Made by a program: the position numbers and the translations under genes
Notes under the pieces: model-generated
Told to the model about the DNA's origin: nothing
Databases searched by the model: none
Seen by the model: the letters and a program-made list of their open reading frames with translations, nothing else
Assembly (NCBI GenBank): GCA_949156565.1
Contig: CASCZI010000001.1
Span: forward strand, 33,908-97,907
Reading direction: 5' to 3'
Source of the DNA: an uncultured Alphaproteobacteria bacterium
GTDB lineage: Bacteria; Pseudomonadota; Alphaproteobacteria; Rs-D84
Length of the DNA stretch: 64,000 nucleotides
Shown: positions 20,320 to 30,265 of the stretch, piece after piece
How positions within the stretch are numbered: position 1 is the stretch's first letter
Layout: each line of letters begins with the position of its first letter

Positions 20320-21245
20320 TATGCATCCTTGTTCATATGATTAATCATGACATCGGCCACACTGCCGGGGGTTGGATTTTTGGCCCATGGACTGCGGTAC
20401 GTTGTTTTTTGAAAAAACGCCCCGGCGGTGTATTGATCAAACAATTTTTGGTCAAAGGGTTGATTAATATCTGTCCACCATAATACATGGGTTGGATCTT
20501 GATTAACATGCGGCATTTTTTCAAAATACTTGGCCGCCGTGGGATCATTTTGCACCACCGCCTTGAACATCAATTGATGCATAAAATAATCAAATTCCCG
20601 GTTTTCTGCCATCCAGAAATTTATAATGGTCTGACGCCATGCGGCCAATAGATATGATCCCCGACGCCCGCGGATAAAGCAATTTTGAATAAAGCTATAG
20701 GGGCTGCCCACGACATTACCGGCCAAAAAGACAAAGAAATCCGTATCCACAATCCATTGGGGAATCGGGGCGGTCACAAAGGCCGTCGAATCCAACCAAA
20801 ATCCACCATGTTGATACAATAATTCCACGCGACATATATCTGCAAAATGGGCATTTTTAATATGTCCGCGGCGCCGTTTTTCTAATATTTCTTGGGGTAA
20901 ATCGATCCAATCCCATAACGTCTTTTCATCCAAAATAACTAAATCTTGGTCGGGACAATTTTTACGAATACTGCGCCAACATGCCTGAATCAGTGGGGGC
21001 GCATTCTTTTCCCCCTGAAGCCAGAGTGTAAATATTTTTTCACATTTATTCGTGGGCTTGACCTTTTGTTCGGCAATTGTGCCGGGCGCAGGTACGTAAC
21101 GTTTTAAATAACGGGGGATGGCCACCGTCGCCACCGCACACCGATGTTCACGACGCCGATCGCGTGACCACCAGAGTGGATTTAGAATATGTGCCCGTAA
21201 CACAATATCGGTTAATGCCCATGTACGACTTAGCTTCATTGCCAT
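20319..21245 (-). CDS. Capsular polysaccharide synthesis protein
   Basis: IFTLWLQG, FADICRVELLYQHGGFWLDST, DYF motifs. Confidence 0.85.
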   Translation of the reverse strand: MAMKLSRTWALTDIVLRAHILNPLWWSRDRRREHRCAVATVAIPRYLKRYVPAPGTIAEQKVKPTNKCEKIFTLWLQGEKNAPPLIQACWRSIRKNCPDQDLVILDEKTLWDWIDLPQEILEKRRRGHIKNAHFADICRVELLYQHGGFWLDSTAFVTAPIPQWIVDTDFFVFLAGNVVGSPYSFIQNCFIRGRRGSYLLAAWRQTIINFWMAENREFDYFMHQLMFKAVVQNDPTAAKYFEKMPHVNQDPTHVLWWTDINQPFDQKLFDQYTAGAFFQKTTYRSPWAKNPTPGSVADVMINHMNKDA

Positions 21246-21268
21246 CCCCTTTGTTGGCGCTGTGTTAA

Positions 21269-22351
21269 TTATTCCACGTCCATCGGTGTATCATCTGCAT
21301 CATCATCCGATGGCCCCGTGGTCATTTCATCGGCAATGCCACCCGCACGTGCCATGATTTTATCCAACAATTCTTTCTGAACTTCTTCGTGGTCACGCAA
21401 CCATTGACGTGCGTTGGCTTCGCCCTGGCCCATGCGTTCGTTGTTGTATGAATAAAAACTGCCGGCCTTTTCGATCAAATCATATTTCACGCCCATATCT
21501 AAAATTTCACTGATCCGTGAAATGCCTTCGCCATACATGATTTTAAAATCAACGGTCCGGAATGGGGGCGCGACTTTGTTTTTTACCACCTTGACCCGGG
21601 TTTCATTTCCAATAACATTTTCTTTGTCTTTGATCTGACCCGTGCGACGGATATCCAGACGAACCGAGGCATAGAATTTTAATGCATTCCCGCCAGAGGT
21701 TGTTTCTGGATTTCCAAACATAACACCGATCTTCATACGAATTTGGTTGATAAAGATCAACAGCGTATTACTGCGTGATACCGATCCCGCCAGCTTTTTC
21801 AAACTCTGGGACATTAAACGGGCGGTCGTCCCCACAAATGAATCACCCATGCTGCCTTCTAATTCTGCCTTGGGCACCAATGCCGCCACAGAATCAATCA
21901 CCACAACATCCACCGCCCCCGATTTAACCAAGGTATCTGTAATTTCCAACGCCTGTTCCCCGGAATCTGGTTGCGAAATAATTAAATTCGCCACATCGAC
22001 GCCCAATTTCTTGGCGTATACCGGGTCCAGCGCATTTTCCGCATCGATATAGGCGCACGTCCCACCTTTCTTTTGCGCCTCTGCCACGGCATGCAGGGCC
22101 AAGGTTGTTTTCCCACTCGATTCCGGGCCATAAATTTCAATAATACGCCCGCGCGGATATCCCCCAATCCCCAATGCAATATCCAGCCCCAGTGACCCAC
22201 TGGATATGGCCTCTATGCTCTGTTGGGAACCATCACCCATTTTCATAATCGCTTCTTTACCGAACTGTTTTTGAATTTGGGCCAACGCCGATTCCAATGC
22301 CGGATTGCGCGCGGCACTGGGCGTTTCCTTAACCGCTTCTTTCTTTGCCAT
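21269..22351 (-). CDS. recA: Recombinase RecA
   Basis: [32 protein letters not shown]. Confidence 0.98.
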   Translation of the reverse strand: MAKKEAVKETPSAARNPALESALAQIQKQFGKEAIMKMGDGSQQSIEAISSGSLGLDIALGIGGYPRGRIIEIYGPESSGKTTLALHAVAEAQKKGGTCAYIDAENALDPVYAKKLGVDVANLIISQPDSGEQALEITDTLVKSGAVDVVVIDSVAALVPKAELEGSMGDSFVGTTARLMSQSLKKLAGSVSRSNTLLIFINQIRMKIGVMFGNPETTSGGNALKFYASVRLDIRRTGQIKDKENVIGNETRVKVVKNKVAPPFRTVDFKIMYGEGISRISEILDMGVKYDLIEKAGSFYSYNNERMGQGEANARQWLRDHEEVQKELLDKIMARAGGIADEMTTGPSDDDADDTPMDVE

Positions 22352-22431
22352 GAATTTCCCCTTTGTTTTTTGTACCATCACCATACAAAAATTTAGGGAA
22401 CCAATCAATAAAAATATCGGGAATATATTCC

Positions 22432-23616
22432 TTATTTATGGGACCACAAAACAATTGTCGAAACAACCCCAATTGCCGCCGTCACCAACCATACCGACGC
22501 GGTTGTCCCCACCACGGCAATGCACCCAGCAGCCAACATCGGCGCCAAGACATTCGGCATATTGACACTGGTGCGGAAAACACCATAAAAACGCGTCTGT
22601 TGGGCCTTTTTCGCGGTATCAAAGAACAACAGGTCATGCACACTTTCCATACATGCCCCCGAAATCTGCCACAATACAAATATCGCCAAGAGCGTCCATC
22701 CCTGGGCCACGGTTGCCCACATTGAAAAGATCGCAAACGACATAAATCCCAATGTCAACCAAAAACGCGCCCCAAATCGACGTGCCAGACGGCCCATCGG
22801 TTCACTTAGAATTAAATACGGCACAATTCCCAACGTTAACACCATACCCAATGTATCTTTTGAAAATCCATTTTCAATAACGACAATGGGCACATACAAA
22901 TACCGCATTGCCCGTAATGAATAGTATCCAAAATTAACAATATATGCCCGCAACATCCCCGGCGTTGTGAAAAATGCACGCGCCGTACGGCCCAATGCAT
23001 GCACCGTCTTGCGTGGGTTGACACGTCGGGGATTTTTGTCTTCTTGGACAATACGAAAATATTTAAAGAACATCCACCCCATGGCATAGATAATGGCCGA
23101 CGCAAAAAACGCCGCCCGATTACCGAAATGATTGGCAATCCCCACCGCAATCATCGGGGCAAACAATGCCCCCACATTCAACCACAAATGATAACGCGCA
23201 TTCAGCTTTGCCATGCCAATATTTTTTGAGAAGTCGGCCATAAACAACGGAATTAACACCCCAACAAACGTAATGGCAATCCCTGTGGTGTAATCCAGGG
23301 CGATAAAGGTAAAGGGTTTGATCGAAAAACTCATCATTGCATAGCATATCGTCAATCCCAACATCGATGCATAAAACAATCGCGATTTAGATACAAAACG
23401 TAAAACCTCACCGGCAAATAATGCAACCAACATACAAAACGCCGAATACAATGCAACATACACCCCAACAACCGCCGATGATCCGAAAATCCCCAAAATA
23501 ACCAATGAATAAACGGCATTATAAATCCCGTCGGCAAATCCAGTAAACACCCCCAGGTTTGCAAATGAAAACCCGCTGACGCTTTCTTTCATTGAAATAT
23601 ATTTATCCTTGGCCAT
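22432..23616 (-). CDS. MFS transporter
   Basis: About 12 hydrophobic segments; GRLARRFG loop motif. Confidence 0.8.
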   Translation of the reverse strand: MAKDKYISMKESVSGFSFANLGVFTGFADGIYNAVYSLVILGIFGSSAVVGVYVALYSAFCMLVALFAGEVLRFVSKSRLFYASMLGLTICYAMMSFSIKPFTFIALDYTTGIAITFVGVLIPLFMADFSKNIGMAKLNARYHLWLNVGALFAPMIAVGIANHFGNRAAFFASAIIYAMGWMFFKYFRIVQEDKNPRRVNPRKTVHALGRTARAFFTTPGMLRAYIVNFGYYSLRAMRYLYVPIVVIENGFSKDTLGMVLTLGIVPYLILSEPMGRLARRFGARFWLTLGFMSFAIFSMWATVAQGWTLLAIFVLWQISGACMESVHDLLFFDTAKKAQQTRFYGVFRTSVNMPNVLAPMLAAGCIAVVGTTASVWLVTAAIGVVSTIVLWSHK

Positions 23617-23695
23617 GGTGTGCCTATGATATCACACCTGCCAAAAAAAATCCAATCGGATTTATTGCACCCCAATGTGTAATGGGGGGAACATT

Positions 23696-24028
23696 TTATT
23701 TCCGAATGGAAATCTTGGCAACCGCCGCATATCCAAAATATTGATCAATCCGCGCCCGAATTTCATCCAATCGATATGATAATTGTAACGCAAACGCCGG
23801 ATTTGTTGCACGCAACGCAATGTTAAATTTTTTTTCTGGTGTTTTTTTAATCGACGCCAACCGTACCATGGATGCCAAATCGGCACCCATAACGACATCC
23901 CAACGCGCCACCAAATCCGCATCAGATGCGCGCGGCCCAAACATCTGCATTAACGCACCAACCGCACCGGCCAATGTTTGGGGACGGGCACGTCGGGATG
24001 AAAATTTATTTTTTTCTGGGTTCGACAT
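23696..24028 (-). CDS. DciA/DUF721 family protein
   Basis: W..VMG.DLA, ALQLSY..DEIRARIDQYFGYAAVAKI; next to mltA. Confidence 0.8.
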   Translation of the reverse strand: MSNPEKNKFSSRRARPQTLAGAVGALMQMFGPRASDADLVARWDVVMGADLASMVRLASIKKTPEKKFNIALRATNPAFALQLSYRLDEIRARIDQYFGYAAVAKISIRK

Positions 24029-25106
24029 AACTGTATTCTTTGGGCATTAAAACAAACATTTCGCCGTTTGCATGCTGGCCATGCGCCAATTGATAGGCCG
24101 CATCCCCACTGCCAAAGAAAATGTCCGCCCGGATCCATCCGCGAATGGCCGATCCTGTATCTTGGGCCACCATCAAACGGCGAAAGCGGCGTCCATCGGA
24201 TAAATGCGTGCTGATATACACCGGCATCCCAAGGGTGTAAATACTGTCATCGACGGCAATACTGCGAATCTTGGATAATGGTGTTCCCATTTTCCCAATG
24301 ACATCGTGGGATGGGGCCTCGTAAAAATAAACATAACGGGGATTACCATAAATCACATCACGCGCCAATGATGGATTCTTTTTTAAATGCATCCATACGG
24401 CATCCGCACTGTAACCGCCATCGGGACGAATGCCCCGGGCCCGTAATTGTTCCCCAATGGATTTAAAGGGCATATCATTGACCGCGGCAAAATTTAATTT
24501 AACCAAACTGCCATCGTCAAGTTTTAATACCCCACTGCCCTGAATTTGAATATTTTGAACATCGACAATATTGGCCCAATACAACGGCCGCCCAATTTGT
24601 TTTTCCACAATATCTTTCTTGGCAACCCCTTTGTATTGACGCCCATCGGTCGGCACCCCCATTAATGGTTCATTACACTGGGCCGTTTTGGTCCGACATG
24701 CCGGGATGACCGGGGAATAATATCCGGTATATTTTCCGGCGGTTTTTCCATGATCATCAAACACCTGATAGGGTTGAAAATTTGATTCAAACCATGCCCG
24801 CACCGTTGGAATATCGGCCGATGCACTGGGTAAATTACGGCATTTTTCGGCCATCAACTCCTGATCGGGGACAACACGTCCGGTATATTGAATCTTGGCC
24901 CGGCATGTATTACGAAATGCCTGCAGGGCGTAACGCACATCATCATCATCCCATCCCGGCAATGCATCAAACGACACGCGCCCCAGATTTTCGGGCACAA
25001 CCGCATTCCCTGAACCACGCACGGTATACGATGGCGCCGTCAAATCACATGATGTCAATGTCCCCAACAACACCGCACATTTCAAAAATCCCCACATACA
25101 TTTCAT
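24006..25106 (-). CDS. mltA: Membrane-bound lytic transglycosylase MltA
   Basis: Lipobox LTSC; TGYY.P, IQGSG, NPRYVYF, AQDTGSAIRG..RADIFFG. Confidence 0.92.
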   Translation of the reverse strand: MKCMWGFLKCAVLLGTLTSCDLTAPSYTVRGSGNAVVPENLGRVSFDALPGWDDDDVRYALQAFRNTCRAKIQYTGRVVPDQELMAEKCRNLPSASADIPTVRAWFESNFQPYQVFDDHGKTAGKYTGYYSPVIPACRTKTAQCNEPLMGVPTDGRQYKGVAKKDIVEKQIGRPLYWANIVDVQNIQIQGSGVLKLDDGSLVKLNFAAVNDMPFKSIGEQLRARGIRPDGGYSADAVWMHLKKNPSLARDVIYGNPRYVYFYEAPSHDVIGKMGTPLSKIRSIAVDDSIYTLGMPVYISTHLSDGRRFRRLMVAQDTGSAIRGWIRADIFFGSGDAAYQLAHGQHANGEMFVLMPKEYSYVEPRKK

Positions 25107-25188
25107 TTTTTATCTCCCTGGCCCTTGTAAAATAACTTCTTAAATGCTATATTATCATAAAACGATGTGTAAAAAAAGGAGCAAACAC

Positions 25189-25641
25189 ATGGCAAACAAA
25201 TTTAATATCATTTCGCAATTTTTAAAAGACATTTCTTTCGAAAGTCCCAATGTCCCCGAATTGTTTTTTAAACAAGAAAATGCCCAGGCAAAAATGGAAA
25301 TCAATATGGATATTCAGGTAAAAGGGGCCGAAAACAATTTGTTTATGGTTGATTTGATTACCAAGGCGCATTCCAAACTCGACATGGGTGAAAATGTCGA
25401 AGGCAAAACGATCTTTTTGATTGAATCAACGTTTTCCGGTCTGGTCCAGATGGAAGATAATAAAGATGAAGAAGCCAGAAAACGCACCTTGTTGATTGAT
25501 GTGCCGACATTACTGTTCCCGGCGGTTCGCAGTTTGATTACCCGTCTAACGGCGGAATCAGGTTTCCCGGCATTTACAATGCAACCTGTAGATTTTGTGG
25601 CATTGTATGAACAAAAGCAAGGCGCGGCCAACGCAAAATAA
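25189..25641 (+). CDS. secB: Protein-export chaperone SecB
   Basis: QFLKDISFESPN, PTLLFPAVR, GFP...PVDFVALY; AAGGAG RBS. Confidence 0.93.
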   Translation: MANKFNIISQFLKDISFESPNVPELFFKQENAQAKMEINMDIQVKGAENNLFMVDLITKAHSKLDMGENVEGKTIFLIESTFSGLVQMEDNKDEEARKRTLLIDVPTLLFPAVRSLITRLTAESGFPAFTMQPVDFVALYEQKQGAANAK

Positions 25642-25655
25642 TCGCACAGAAAATT

Positions 25656-25683
25656 AAAAAAACCGGGAAATCCCGGTTTTTTA
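25656..25683. terminator. Bidirectional terminator
   Basis: A7-CCGGGA-aa-TCCCGG-T6. Confidence 0.8.
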
Positions 25684-26970
25684 TTTACCCAAACACAATT
25701 GGGAAAATGTGGCGTCCATAACGTCGGCGGCACTAATTGCGCCAAGAATTTTTCCCACATCATCCGCCGCCAGACGCACGTGTTCGGCCAATATATCGTA
25801 ATTATCGCCGGCCCCAATCGCCAATCGCAAATTTTCGGCCGCATCGGTCAATAATCCATGTGTACGTGCATTGATTACCAATTCACTTTCCATGCCGTCC
25901 ATCATGGCATGCATGCGGCGGCGAATTTCTGACATCAATATGTCCATCCCGTCACCGGTCTTGGCCGATGTATAAATCGCGTCCATACGCGTACCATGCG
26001 ACAAATCCGATTTGTTAATCACCACAATTTCATTTGCCATTGGGACAAATGAATCCCCATCTGTTCCCACATGCACGATTAAATCGGCCGCCTGGGCGGT
26101 ATCACGGGTCCGATCAATTCCCATTTGTTCGATTGCATCCGTTGTTTCGCGAATGCCGGCAGTATCAGAAATATTAACCAAGAACCCATCAATATCCAAT
26201 GTTGCCGTCACCACATCCCGTGTTGTTCCCGGCGTATCGGAAACGATCGCACGATTGGCACCCAAAATACAATTAAATAACGATGATTTTCCCACATTGG
26301 CGTCCCCCACCAGCGCAATGTTAAATCCCCCGCGCACGGCGCGTACCGCCGCATAGCGCGACAATGCATTTGTTATTTCGTCATATAATTTTTGTGTTTT
26401 TTCCCGGATTGTTGGACCAATATTGGGGGGCAAATCATCATCGGCATAATCCAACATGGCCGCCGCATAGGCCGCAATTTCAATCATATCCTGGCGCCAT
26501 GCGGTATACGCCCGACTGTCGCCACCCATCATCGATTGGATCGCCATGCGCCGTTGTTGTTCGGTTGTGGCATCCAATAACGCGGCCAAACCATCCACAT
26601 CCGCCAAATCCATTTTCCCGTTATAAAACGCCCGACGTGAAAATTCACCCGGGGCCGCCATACGCATCTGATGCGCCCCAAGGAAATCAAAAATCTTTTG
26701 AATCACCGCATGGGCACCATGACACTGAATCTCTATGACATCGGTGCCGGTAAATGATCGCGGGCCCGAAAAATAAAGGATCAGGCATTGATCAATCAAT
26801 TCCCCCGCGTCATCACGCATGTTGGTTAAATAGGCCCGGCGCGGTTCAATTTCATCGCGACCAATAAATTTTCGCGCCATCCCCGATAAATCGTCACCCG
26901 ATATGCGGATTACCGCAACACCTGATTTCCCCCGTCCCGATGACAGGGCGTAAATTGTGTCGTTATTCAT
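25681..26970 (-). CDS. mnmE: tRNA modification GTPase MnmE
   Basis: DTIYALSS, GDANVGKSS, GTTRD, DTAG, NKSD, C-terminal LCLGK. Confidence 0.95.
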   Translation of the reverse strand: MNNDTIYALSSGRGKSGVAVIRISGDDLSGMARKFIGRDEIEPRRAYLTNMRDDAGELIDQCLILYFSGPRSFTGTDVIEIQCHGAHAVIQKIFDFLGAHQMRMAAPGEFSRRAFYNGKMDLADVDGLAALLDATTEQQRRMAIQSMMGGDSRAYTAWRQDMIEIAAYAAAMLDYADDDLPPNIGPTIREKTQKLYDEITNALSRYAAVRAVRGGFNIALVGDANVGKSSLFNCILGANRAIVSDTPGTTRDVVTATLDIDGFLVNISDTAGIRETTDAIEQMGIDRTRDTAQAADLIVHVGTDGDSFVPMANEIVVINKSDLSHGTRMDAIYTSAKTGDGMDILMSEIRRRMHAMMDGMESELVINARTHGLLTDAAENLRLAIGAGDNYDILAEHVRLAADDVGKILGAISAADVMDATFSQLCLGK

Positions 26971-27545
26971 GACTTGGCCCCACTTAAATTCTTTAACGCC
27001 ATCGGCACCAGACGTGCAACATCGGCACCGGGGTTATCTGAAACCAAATGTTGCGCCATATCTACAATATCCATCCGTCGATAGCCCAATGATTCAAGCG
27101 CGGCCAACAAATCAGGTAACGCGCCCGATGCCGCATCACCCCCAAAATCAAACCCGACACCACCCACACGCGATTTTAATTCGACAATGATTTTTTCGGC
27201 CACTTTTTTCCCAACACCTGGGGCCGTTGCAATGGTTTTGGCATCACCCGTTGCAATCGCTGTCATTAATGTATCGGCCTTGATCGTGGATAAAATGGCC
27301 AACGCCACCTTTGGCCCGACGCCCGACACACCGGTTAATTGATTAAACAGGTTTTGCGCCGCATGCGTCGAAAATCCAAATAAACGAATGGAATCTTCGC
27401 GGACCACCGTTTCAATCCAGAGCGTCACCGCCGCCCCCATCGTCATCATTTCCGGGCAAAAAACCTTGTACCCGGTGCCACCCACCATCAAGATGATAAA
27501 ACCATCCCCGATATAATCAACAATACCTTGCAATTTACCAATCAT
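26967..27545 (-). CDS. ruvA: Holliday junction branch migration protein RuvA
   Basis: MIGKLQG, VRED..LFGF, VSGVGPK, PGVGKK.AEKI. Confidence 0.95.
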   Translation of the reverse strand: MIGKLQGIVDYIGDGFIILMVGGTGYKVFCPEMMTMGAAVTLWIETVVREDSIRLFGFSTHAAQNLFNQLTGVSGVGPKVALAILSTIKADTLMTAIATGDAKTIATAPGVGKKVAEKIIVELKSRVGGVGFDFGGDAASGALPDLLAALESLGYRRMDIVDMAQHLVSDNPGADVARLVPMALKNLSGAKS

Positions 27546-27596
27546 TTGTTATCCTTTGGGTGTTATTTTAATCCATTTTAATCAAAAGGTCAAATT

Positions 27597-28313
27597 ATGA
27601 GCGGACATAGCAAATGGCATAATATTCAGCATAAGAAAGGCGCGGCCGACGCCGCACGCAGTGGTTTATTCACCAAATTGGCACGTGAAATTACGATGGC
27701 GGCCAAATTGGGTGATAAAAATCCCGATAATAACCCACGCCTGCGCCTGGCAATTTTACAGGCACGGAAAAATTCGATGCCCAATGACAATATTAAACGG
27801 GCCATCGACAAGGCATCGGGATCAAGCACTGAAAACTATGTGGCCGTCCGGTACGAAGGTTATGGCCCCGGCGCCGTCCCTGTAATTGTAGAAGCGTTAA
27901 CCGACAACCCACGCCGCACCGTGCCAGAGGTACGTAATATCTTTGCCAAAAACGGCGGCAACATGGGCGAAGAAGGCTCGGTTGCATTCCTGTTCACCCG
28001 CGCGGGACAAATTATGTACCCGGCATCTGTCGGCAAAAGCGAAGATGAAATGATGGAAATCGTGATGAATACCGGCGCCGATAATCTGGAAACATCGGAC
28101 GAAGGATTTATTATCACAACCAAACCGGACGATTTTATTACCGTACAAAAGGCATTAAACGACATCCTCGGGGAACCAGAACAGGCCGAATTAACATGGC
28201 TGCCCAATATGCCCATGGATTTGGACGACGAAGCGTATGCCAAGTTAGAAAAGTTGGTGGATGCGTTGGACGACAATGACGATGTGCAAAAGGTGTTCAC
28301 CGCCGCAGCATAA
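27597..28313 (+). CDS. yebC: YebC/PmpR family protein
   Basis: MSGHSKWHNIQHKK, YEGYGPG, DDNDDVQKVF. Confidence 0.95.
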   Translation: MSGHSKWHNIQHKKGAADAARSGLFTKLAREITMAAKLGDKNPDNNPRLRLAILQARKNSMPNDNIKRAIDKASGSSTENYVAVRYEGYGPGAVPVIVEALTDNPRRTVPEVRNIFAKNGGNMGEEGSVAFLFTRAGQIMYPASVGKSEDEMMEIVMNTGADNLETSDEGFIITTKPDDFITVQKALNDILGEPEQAELTWLPNMPMDLDDEAYAKLEKLVDALDDNDDVQKVFTAAA

Positions 28314-28330
28314 ACGTATGCTTTGTGCAT

Positions 28331-28356
28331 AAAAACGGGCACATTGCCCGTTTTTT
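28331..28356. terminator. Bidirectional terminator
   Basis: AAAAACGGGCA-cat-TGCCCGTTTTTT. Confidence 0.8.
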
Positions 28357-29212
28357 ATTTTAATTCAAAGACGCACATCATATAGGGGGATGAATACAGG
28401 GGGGAATCCGGAATATTTGACACGTTGGTTTCGTTTTTATTGACGAACCAATTGCCGTCGGTTGGTGCGGTTGATATGGTCCACGACTGGTACGCGGCGT
28501 TGTTGGTATCGACGAAATGTTGAAACAGACTGTTTCCGTGAATGCTGTGGTAACCGACCGAATGGTCAAAGACGGCGATAAATGCACTGGCGTTACCGAC
28601 GCCGCCGGCAATTGAATCAATCGGGGTATCGCGTCCGTCGGAATAACTGTATTGTGTTGCGAATAAATAAGTTCCCGGCCCCAGTGTGCCGTTGGCGCAT
28701 GCCGCGCGCGCATCGTTCAGGGTTTCGGGGTTATGCCAGTCGGCAAAGACGCCACCGGGCGATTGTTCCCGGCAACACGACACCATGCGCCATTGGCTGA
28801 TATCTGTGGCGGGAATGTATTTTTTAACATCATCCAGGTTCATAAACGTATTAACAGGTGCGCCGGCCGGACGTGCGCCGTCCGCCGTTTCATTGGCGCC
28901 GGGGCATCCAATGGCGCCATAGGTGCATGCCGCGCGATGCATCCCGCCCGTACAATAATGTCCCAGACCACAGTCTGTGCACGCGGATAATCCATCCACA
29001 GAATACGTCCCCGGGGCGCAGTTCTGGGCCAGCCATTGGTTCCCAACATGTAATGCCCCGGCCGGGGCATTCCCGGCATTCAGGCTGCCATAGTACACCC
29101 CATCGGCCAACCCAATAGCCAGGGCGGGTATGGTCCGACGTACGGTATCCAAACGAATACTGGTATTTTCATAATGCAATGCCGCACCCAACCCGTCGTT
29201 TGGATTAGGCAT
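28355..29212 (-). CDS. Cys-rich protein with shared N-terminal module (locus A)
   Basis: Starts MPNP at the second repeat copy; CAPGTYS..C..CGLGHYCTGG repeats; no signal peptide seen. Confidence 0.7.
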   Translation of the reverse strand: MPNPNDGLGAALHYENTSIRLDTVRRTIPALAIGLADGVYYGSLNAGNAPAGALHVGNQWLAQNCAPGTYSVDGLSACTDCGLGHYCTGGMHRAACTYGAIGCPGANETADGARPAGAPVNTFMNLDDVKKYIPATDISQWRMVSCCREQSPGGVFADWHNPETLNDARAACANGTLGPGTYLFATQYSYSDGRDTPIDSIAGGVGNASAFIAVFDHSVGYHSIHGNSLFQHFVDTNNAAYQSWTISTAPTDGNWFVNKNETNVSNIPDSPLYSSPYMMCVFELK

Positions 29213-29351
29213 ATTTGGAAATGTGAAAAAGTGCGGATTTTTGCGTTTTTTATTTTGGGAATTTTGTCGATCCCAAACGACCGTTTGGATTAGGCATAGT
29301 GTCATAACCCCTAACCCCAGGAATTGTACCACGTTGCGGGGATTTGTGCAA
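29197..29351 (-). promoter_or_regulatory. Cassette leader A: promoter, 17-bp direct repeats, uORF
   Basis: TTGCAC(29346-51)-17-TACAAT(29323-28); CGTTTGGATTAGGCATA at 29197-29213 and 29282-29298; uORF MPNPNGRLGSTKFPK (29250-29297). Confidence 0.7.
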
Positions 29352-29401
29352 TGATAAAAATTGTCCTTTATTCATTGGTCCTGGGGGCGTATAATGGGAA
29401 C

Positions 29402-29881
29402 ATGACACGTATATTGGGAATTGATCCAGGGTTATTACATACCGGATGGGCTGTGATTGACAGCCAGGGCAACACGCGCAGGTATATTGCCAGTGGCGTG
29501 ATACTGCCGTCCGTGAAACAGGAAATGGCGGCACGTTTGGTTGACATCTTTCGCGGGGTGGACGCGGTGTGTGAAACATATTCGCCCGATGCACTTAGCA
29601 TTGAAATTATTTTCGTGAACCAAAATGCAAAAACGTCGCTGGCCCTGGGCCAGGCGCGGGCATCCGCCATCGTGGCGGCGGCCAACCGGGATATTCCGGT
29701 TTTTGAGTATGAACCGAACAAGATTAAAAAGGCCCTGACGGCCGCCGGTCATGCGGACAAAGATGCGGTAACCAAAATGGTACGCATGCTGTTGCCTGGG
29801 GCCAATCCCCATTCCCCGGACGAGGCGGATGCCATCGCCATCGCGTTGGCGCACAGCAATATGATGCGGTTAAATTATTAA
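29402..29881 (+). CDS. ruvC: Holliday junction resolvase RuvC
   Basis: ILGIDPG, LGQARA, EYEP..IKK, DEADAIAIA. Confidence 0.95.
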   Translation: MTRILGIDPGLLHTGWAVIDSQGNTRRYIASGVILPSVKQEMAARLVDIFRGVDAVCETYSPDALSIEIIFVNQNAKTSLALGQARASAIVAAANRDIPVFEYEPNKIKKALTAAGHADKDAVTKMVRMLLPGANPHSPDEADAIAIALAHSNMMRLNY

Positions 29882-29945
29882 TTCTTTTGAATTAAATTCC
29901 CACGCAATGGTTCCTATTAAAATGGGGATTGGGGGCTGTTATACT

Positions 29946-30242
29946 ATGCCTGCAATGAAACCAGATAACGATTATATCATTCAATCTGAAAATGATTTAC
30001 ACGCGCGACAATGCGTGCTGGTACGGGCGTTTCTGGCCAATTGCGCGTTAATCGTCTTGGCGGGTGTAATTATGATTACATTTGATTGTGGCGATGCCAT
30101 GGCGGCATTCCTGGGCGGTCCACGGACCGCCGCCGCCCCTTATATGACACGTGGCCTGCTCGCATGGGGGATTGGCGGGGTTGTCATTTTTTTGGTGCCG
30201 GCCTTGGCGACATATTGGGCCCGTTGCGGATTGGATAAATAA
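29946..30242 (+). CDS. Small membrane protein
   Basis: Two hydrophobic segments; start uncertain. Confidence 0.55.
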   Translation: MPAMKPDNDYIIQSENDLHARQCVLVRAFLANCALIVLAGVIMITFDCGDAMAAFLGGPRTAAAPYMTRGLLAWGIGGVVIFLVPALATYWARCGLDK

Positions 30243-30265
30243 AACGCCCCGTTGGGGCGTTTTTT
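30241..30265. terminator. Bidirectional terminator
   Basis: AAAACGCCCC-gtt-GGGGCGTTTT. Confidence 0.8.

Noticed and set aside
29922-29951. ACTATGCCT at 29943-29951 as a fifth cassette leader
   Set aside because: No TATAATTCCTGGG or AATCC; TGTTATACT is better read as an extended -10 box
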